Below, one piece after another: positions 37,762-41,698 of a stretch of DNA of 41,698 bases (positions within the stretch are counted from its first letter, which is position 1; every line of letters starts with the position of its first letter). Origin of the DNA: a virus (taxonomy: Duplodnaviria > Caudoviricetes); the IMG/VR virus record IMGVR_UViG_3300032421_000010, positions 1 to 41,698 of that record; one strand, written 5' to 3'. The notes under the pieces were generated by a model that did not search any database, had not been told where the DNA came from, and saw nothing but the letters and a program-made list of their open reading frames with translations. Both the position numbers and the translations under genes were made by a program.

Positions 37762-38408
37762 TTCTCCTTCTTTGCCAACTCAGCCCGTAATTTATTAACC
37801 TCAGCCTCTAGCGAAGCCTTCTGTTCGCCTGCGGCCTTCTCAAGCTCCTGAATCCGAGTGTACGGCCTGTGCTGGCCCTTATACGGGTCGCTCTTGCCAT
37901 CATACGCATCCTGGCGCCACTCTTTGTAATACGCCTCCGTAACGTCCTTCCAATACGGTGGTTGCAGGACCTTCTTCCTGTCCACCGGCTTCCAATCGTA
38001 AATCTCACCCGAGTCATTGAACTGCGGTTGGTGCCAAAGCCCCATTCTAACCATCGTTGGCTTTCCCTCAATCGCCCGTTCCGCATTGCGTATGTCTTGG
38101 GGTGATGGTTTGGATACCATGGTCTGGTGGTTCACTATCTTAAGCGAACCCCTAATCATCTTTTCCACTCCGCCACCGCCCTTAATGTCAAAGCGTCTGG
38201 GTTGGCCGTTCTGCGTCTTTTCCTCCATCATCCCCGTCTCTTGGTTTCTCTGCGTCCACCTCTGCAATTTATAAGCAATATCCCCATTCGGCGTCAAATA
38301 CGCCAATCTAAACACATCAGACGCCGGTTTCTCATCTCTCGGGTCCTTATCTGGATATGTTGATAAATCCCAGGTCTCCACAGCTGGCATTACTTTCGTT
38401 GCTTCCAT
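37758..38408 (-). CDS. Hypothetical protein (first late gene)
   Basis: RBS GGAGG before ATG 38408. Confidence 0.7.
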   Translation of the reverse strand: MEATKVMPAVETWDLSTYPDKDPRDEKPASDVFRLAYLTPNGDIAYKLQRWTQRNQETGMMEEKTQNGQPRRFDIKGGGGVEKMIRGSLKIVNHQTMVSKPSPQDIRNAERAIEGKPTMVRMGLWHQPQFNDSGEIYDWKPVDRKKVLQPPYWKDVTEAYYKEWRQDAYDGKSDPYKGQHRPYTRIQELEKAAGEQKASLEAEVNKLRAELAKKEK

Positions 38409-38435
38409 CACTACCTCCTTGTTTGGGTTAAACAC

Positions 38436-39537
38436 ACCTACACACAGTTTTCAAACTTCAAATACGAGTTTATGTACCTGATATACCCCATGGTGTTATC
38501 AAATACCCCACCTTTGGTAGGTACCATTTTCTGAGCCCCGCCCCCCTGAAAAAGTTAATCAAACTCCGCATGACATGACAGAGCAATAAACCTAGTGAGA
38601 TGGGGTTGATTGGGCAAGTGAACGATTGGGTAGGTGGCTTAAACGCAAGTAAACCAGGGCGGTGTAAATAGAATACTTGGGAGGAAATTGGTTGAAGTGG
38701 TGCGAGATGGATGGTCGTCTCCGTGATGCTGGAATCACAATCGGGTTGGCTGTCCTACAAACGCAAGGATAGGCGATAACGCATTCCATCGCCAAGTTAA
38801 AATCAATAACCGACCGAGCGGTAGGTTAATACCCTAAATATAATTGACGTTAGAGCAAAACTATTGCCAGGTAATAGAATCAGAAGGCGATGGTAGACAT
38901 GCTATGGTCATGGTAGGACAAAACGATTAGCCAGTATGATTTCTAGCATCCTAGCAGTTTTTGACCTACCATCAGCCATGGACAGCCCATTACAGCCCTC
39001 CGGAAGCACCGGTAAAAGTTTTGGCTAACGATTACTGCATAGGGGGTCTATCTATCTATCTATGGTAAGAATAATAATAATAATAAGCGAAACGATTACA
39101 GGATAAAGGATTTAGGGTCTAACATCGGTCTATCATGTCTACCATCTGGCTCTGAAACGATTACAGGGTAAGGAAAAAATCCTACCATGATTTTTGCGAG
39201 CATGGTAGGCGGTTACCGATGGATACCACACACTCACGATGATGTAGAAATAAAGGAAAATGAAAATATAAGGGTTTTCGATACTTATTTCTTGCACGCA
39301 GTGGGCTCAAATTTGGAAGATTATGGTCGTCAAGGTGTGATGGTAGCCAGACAAACGAACGAGCGAACGATTGTTCAGACCACAGACACCCGTCAACGCT
39401 ATTTTTAAGATATTTTTAAGAATGTGTGCCGGTAATGGTTTGAGCCCCATTATTTTTCTTACTTGGTGCTTGACGTATGTTCGTTCGTTTGCTATCATTG
39501 TTTGCGTAGGGTAGATATCACGCTTTAGGGAGCGGAC
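38436..39537. promoter_or_regulatory. Non-coding divergent control region, candidate replication origin or packaging site
   Basis: Strand switch; AACGATTA x4, ATGGTAG x7 in both orientations, AT-rich tract. Confidence 0.55.
39470..39498 (+). promoter_or_regulatory. Early sigma70-type promoter TTGACG-N17-TATCAT
   Basis: Near-consensus; upstream of the early genes. Confidence 0.7.
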
Positions 39538-39600
39538 ATGGCACAGACACTGCTAGGGGTCGCAATCGTAATGGGAGCTCTGATAGGGCTCTCGATATAA
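39538..39600 (+). CDS. 20-aa hydrophobic peptide MAQTLLGVAIVMGALIGLSI
   Basis: RBS AGGGAG; first ORF after the promoter. Confidence 0.45.
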   Translation: MAQTLLGVAIVMGALIGLSI

Positions 39601-39601
39601 A

Positions 39602-39653
39602 GACCGAAACGGCCTCCGGGCCGTCCGACCGTCAAGCGGTCGCTGACGAGGTC
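39602..39653 (+). ncRNA. Hammerhead ribozyme, type II
   Basis: GACC-GAAAC-GGCC/TCCG/GGCC-GTC^-CGACCG/TCAAG/CGGTCG-CTGACGA-GGTC: complete core and three stems. Confidence 0.92.
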
Positions 39654-39678
39654 AGCAAATCGAACGAGAGGGGTTTTT

Positions 39679-39996
39679 ATGAACAAGGAACAGCTGGCAT
39701 TTGTGGCAATGGTCGCGAAGGAATACCCGGCAAAACATCCGGGGCAGGTTGCGGAGGACTGCCTAGCGCTATTTCGGTTAGCGAGAAAAGCTCTAAGGAA
39801 TGCAGAGAACCTTTCCAACGTTCCAAACTATCAGGAAGGCGACACGCTCATGAGGATTGGGGAAAAGGTTCGGCTTATGGGCTTTACGCCTTGCATATCC
39901 TCCGACCCCCGGGGATATTGCCTGAAGCTCATGCTACCCTCGAAACGCTATAACACATGGGGCGGAGAAGAAAACGGCTGGGGAGTGCCCTGCTGA
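39679..39996 (+). CDS. Hypothetical phage protein (DPRGYCLKL)
   Basis: RBS GAGGGG; ORF track. Confidence 0.7.
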   Translation: MNKEQLAFVAMVAKEYPAKHPGQVAEDCLALFRLARKALRNAENLSNVPNYQEGDTLMRIGEKVRLMGFTPCISSDPRGYCLKLMLPSKRYNTWGGEENGWGVPC

Positions 39997-40080
39997 CCTA
40001 TCGAGGACAGGCGGAGCAGATCAGGACCGCCTGTAAGACCCCACCCGAAAGGGAGGCTGGGTTCCAAGTCCCAGAGGGTC
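39995..40080 (+). ncRNA. Candidate twister-like structured RNA
   Basis: Stems CAGGCGG/CCGCCTG and GACCC/GGGTC, TAA, GAAA hairpin, CTGGG-TTCCAAGT-CCCAG. Confidence 0.5.
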
Positions 40081-40106
40081 AAATTTTAAGAGATGTTAAT
40101 TATAAG
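40079..40106 (+). repeat. 28-bp dif-like site TCAAATTTTAA-GAGATG-TTAATTATAAG
   Basis: First family member after the early promoter. Confidence 0.5.
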
Positions 40107-40116
40107 GGGGCAGATC

Positions 40117-40347
40117 ATGGGACACAGGCATTATCCAGCAAAGGAAGATAGTTTAAGGCTGTCAAAGACAGATCGCTTAAATTTGACGCATTGGAGTGAT
40201 GATTCGATTGTGGTAGAGGTTCTTGAGAATGATGAGGTGAAAGCTAAATTCATCTTAAATCGGAGCCAACAGATCAGGCTAATCACGAAAATGGGCGCTA
40301 GTGATTTGGGGTTTGTGTTGAATGAAAAAGTAACAACGGAAGCCTAA
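40117..40347 (+). CDS. Hypothetical protein
   Basis: RBS AAGGGGG before ATG 40117. Confidence 0.6.
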   Translation: MGHRHYPAKEDSLRLSKTDRLNLTHWSDDSIVVEVLENDEVKAKFILNRSQQIRLITKMGASDLGFVLNEKVTTEA

Positions 40348-40349
40348 AC

Positions 40350-40377
40350 GCTAATCAAAATAGGGAATAACATTAAG
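40350..40377 (+). repeat. 28-bp dif-like site GCTAATCAAAA-TAGGGA-ATAACATTAAG (variant)
   Basis: AA-N6-ATAA; right arm resembles that of site 4248. Confidence 0.4.
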
Positions 40378-40385
40378 GAGAGAGT

Positions 40386-40916
40386 ATGAAATTCAAGGAT
40401 AAACTGCTTAAGCTAGATGCTTGCAGTTCGGCCGTTGAGTGGGTTGGAGATAGAGACGCAAAGACCGCTTGGGCCGAATGTAAGCGAGGCGACTGGATGT
40501 TATGGCTTGTGAATCAATCCAACCCCAAAATGACATTAGCGACCCGAAAGAAATTAGTTTTGTGCGCTTGCGATATTGCTGAAACCGTCTTAAAGCATGT
40601 GCCAAAAGACGAAAAGCGACCAGCAGAAGCGCTAAAAATGGCTAGAGCATGGGCCAAGGGCGAGAAGGTAACGATTGAGCAAGTAAGAGCCGCCGCCAAC
40701 GCCGCCGCCAACGCCGCCAACGCCGCCGCCAACGCCGCCTACGCCGCCGCCTACGCCGCCTACGCCGCCGCCTACGCCGCCGCCTACGCCGCCTACGCCG
40801 CCGCCTACGCCGCCGCCTACGCCGCCAACGCCGCCTACGCCGCCGCCTACGCCGCCAACGCCGCCTACGCCGCCGATATGGTTAGAAAGTATTTTCCGAA
40901 AGCGCCGAAGGTTTAA
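40386..40916 (+). CDS. Imm-5-like domain protein with Ala-rich (AAN/AAY) repeats
   Basis: LCACDIAETVL..DEKRPAEALKMARAWAKGE motif. Confidence 0.7.
   Translation: MKFKDKLLKLDACSSAVEWVGDRDAKTAWAECKRGDWMLWLVNQSNPKMTLATRKKLVLCACDIAETVLKHVPKDEKRPAEALKMARAWAKGEKVTIEQVRAAANAAANAANAAANAAYAAAYAAYAAAYAAAYAAYAAAYAAAYAANAAYAAAYAANAAYAADMVRKYFPKAPKV
40689..40874 (+). repeat. Tandem (GCC)2-3(AAC/TAC) array
   Basis: Read directly. Confidence 0.95.
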
Positions 40917-40944
40917 GTCAGAATTAAGGGAAGATAAAAAGGGG
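40917..40944 (+). repeat. 28-bp dif-like site GTCAGAATTAA-GGGAAG-ATAAAAAGGGG
   Basis: Family member. Confidence 0.65.
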
Positions 40945-40949
40945 GACGT

Positions 40950-41144
40950 ATGGAAACATTAACATATTCGGTGGATAAGGCTTGTGAGGGTGGAATGGGG
41001 CAGAAAACGGCCATTGAGTTGTTAAAGATGGCAGGTCTAAAGGCCAAGCCGGGTTATTCGCCTTATGTTGGGCAGACGGGCGTTAAGGTAGAAGCAAATA
41101 AAACGGGTCACAAGAAAGCGTCTAAGATTCTTTACGGACGCTAA
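40950..41144 (+). CDS. Hypothetical protein
   Basis: RBS AGGGGG. Confidence 0.65.
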   Translation: METLTYSVDKACEGGMGQKTAIELLKMAGLKAKPGYSPYVGQTGVKVEANKTGHKKASKILYGR

Positions 41145-41209
41145 TTATTTTAGCCTTAACATGAAGTTGTCGCAATACCCGGAAACGGGAATAAATTTAA
41201 GGAGTCTTT

Positions 41210-41548
41210 ATGGGTTCGCCTAATACACTGATGGTTGATGATGTGAAGTATGTTCGGGAGGATTCGATTGTTCCAAACAAGAACCTTTCGAGCGATATTC
41301 GGATAGTCATTTTGCAACGTGGATGGGTCACTGTGGGTCGATTCTCGAAAGAGGGGATGGATTGTAAGCTCGAAAACGCATCGGTGATTCGGGTTTGGGG
41401 TACGTCAAAAGGTCTCGGTGAATTGATTCACGGCCCCATTTCGGGCAAGACCACGCTAGACCCGTCCGGTACGGTCCGTTTCAATGAATTGGCGATTGTT
41501 GCCACCCTTGATTGCGAGGCGTCCAAATGGGCACAGCACTTAAAATAA
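41210..41548 (+). CDS. Conserved phage protein (IRIVILQRGWVTVG...VIRVWGTSKGLGEL)
   Basis: RBS AAGGAG; family often found next to Gly-Tyr repeat ORFs. Confidence 0.75.
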   Translation: MGSPNTLMVDDVKYVREDSIVPNKNLSSDIRIVILQRGWVTVGRFSKEGMDCKLENASVIRVWGTSKGLGELIHGPISGKTTLDPSGTVRFNELAIVATLDCEASKWAQHLK

Positions 41549-41652
41549 TGACAAGCCTCGGTGACGAGGCGCAGTCCTCCATCGGGTCCGGGGACGGGTA
41601 CGGGTCCGGGTACGGGTACGGGTCCGGGTACGGGGACGGGTCCGGGGACGGG
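41540..41652 (+). repeat. Terminal direct repeat, right copy
   Basis: Identical to 1-113, then diverges within the hexamer array. Confidence 0.95.
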
Positions 41653-41698
41653 GACGGGTCCGGGGACGGGTACGGGGACGGGGACGGGTACGGGTACG

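Noticed and set aside
39187-39498. ORFs 39187-39408, 39307-39498 and 38592-38795
   Set aside because: No convincing RBS; they overlap repeat or promoter elements

Overview
The window is an essentially complete ~41.5 kb tailed-phage genome with podovirus-like organisation: P22-type portal and nozzle, ejection proteins, and no tape measure. Bases 1-113 repeat at 41540-41652, so the contig circularises at 41,539 bp. The + strand carries early accessory genes (39.5 kb through the contig junction to 4.9 kb) and replication/recombination genes (4.9-11.9 kb: exonuclease, VRR-NUC, primase-helicase, Sak4-like ATPase, YqaJ, SF2 helicase). The - strand carries packaging, head, tail and lysis genes (38.4-11.9 kb). 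A repeat-rich non-coding switch region lies at 38.4-39.5 kb. I found no integrase, reverse transcriptase or CRISPR array. The main discovery candidate is in the early region, where about 16 directly oriented 28-bp sites with 11-6-11 architecture (core TYAA-N6-WTRA, resembling Xer/dif or tyrosine-recombinase sites) separate small genes and structured-RNA modules like a cassette array. Also notable: a canonical type II hammerhead ribozyme, a twister-like RNA, two cloverleaf-like RNAs, a large terminase split in two around a GroES-like gene, and three signal-peptide-bearing Thr-rich proteins in the virion module. All calls come from reading motifs by eye; no searches were run.
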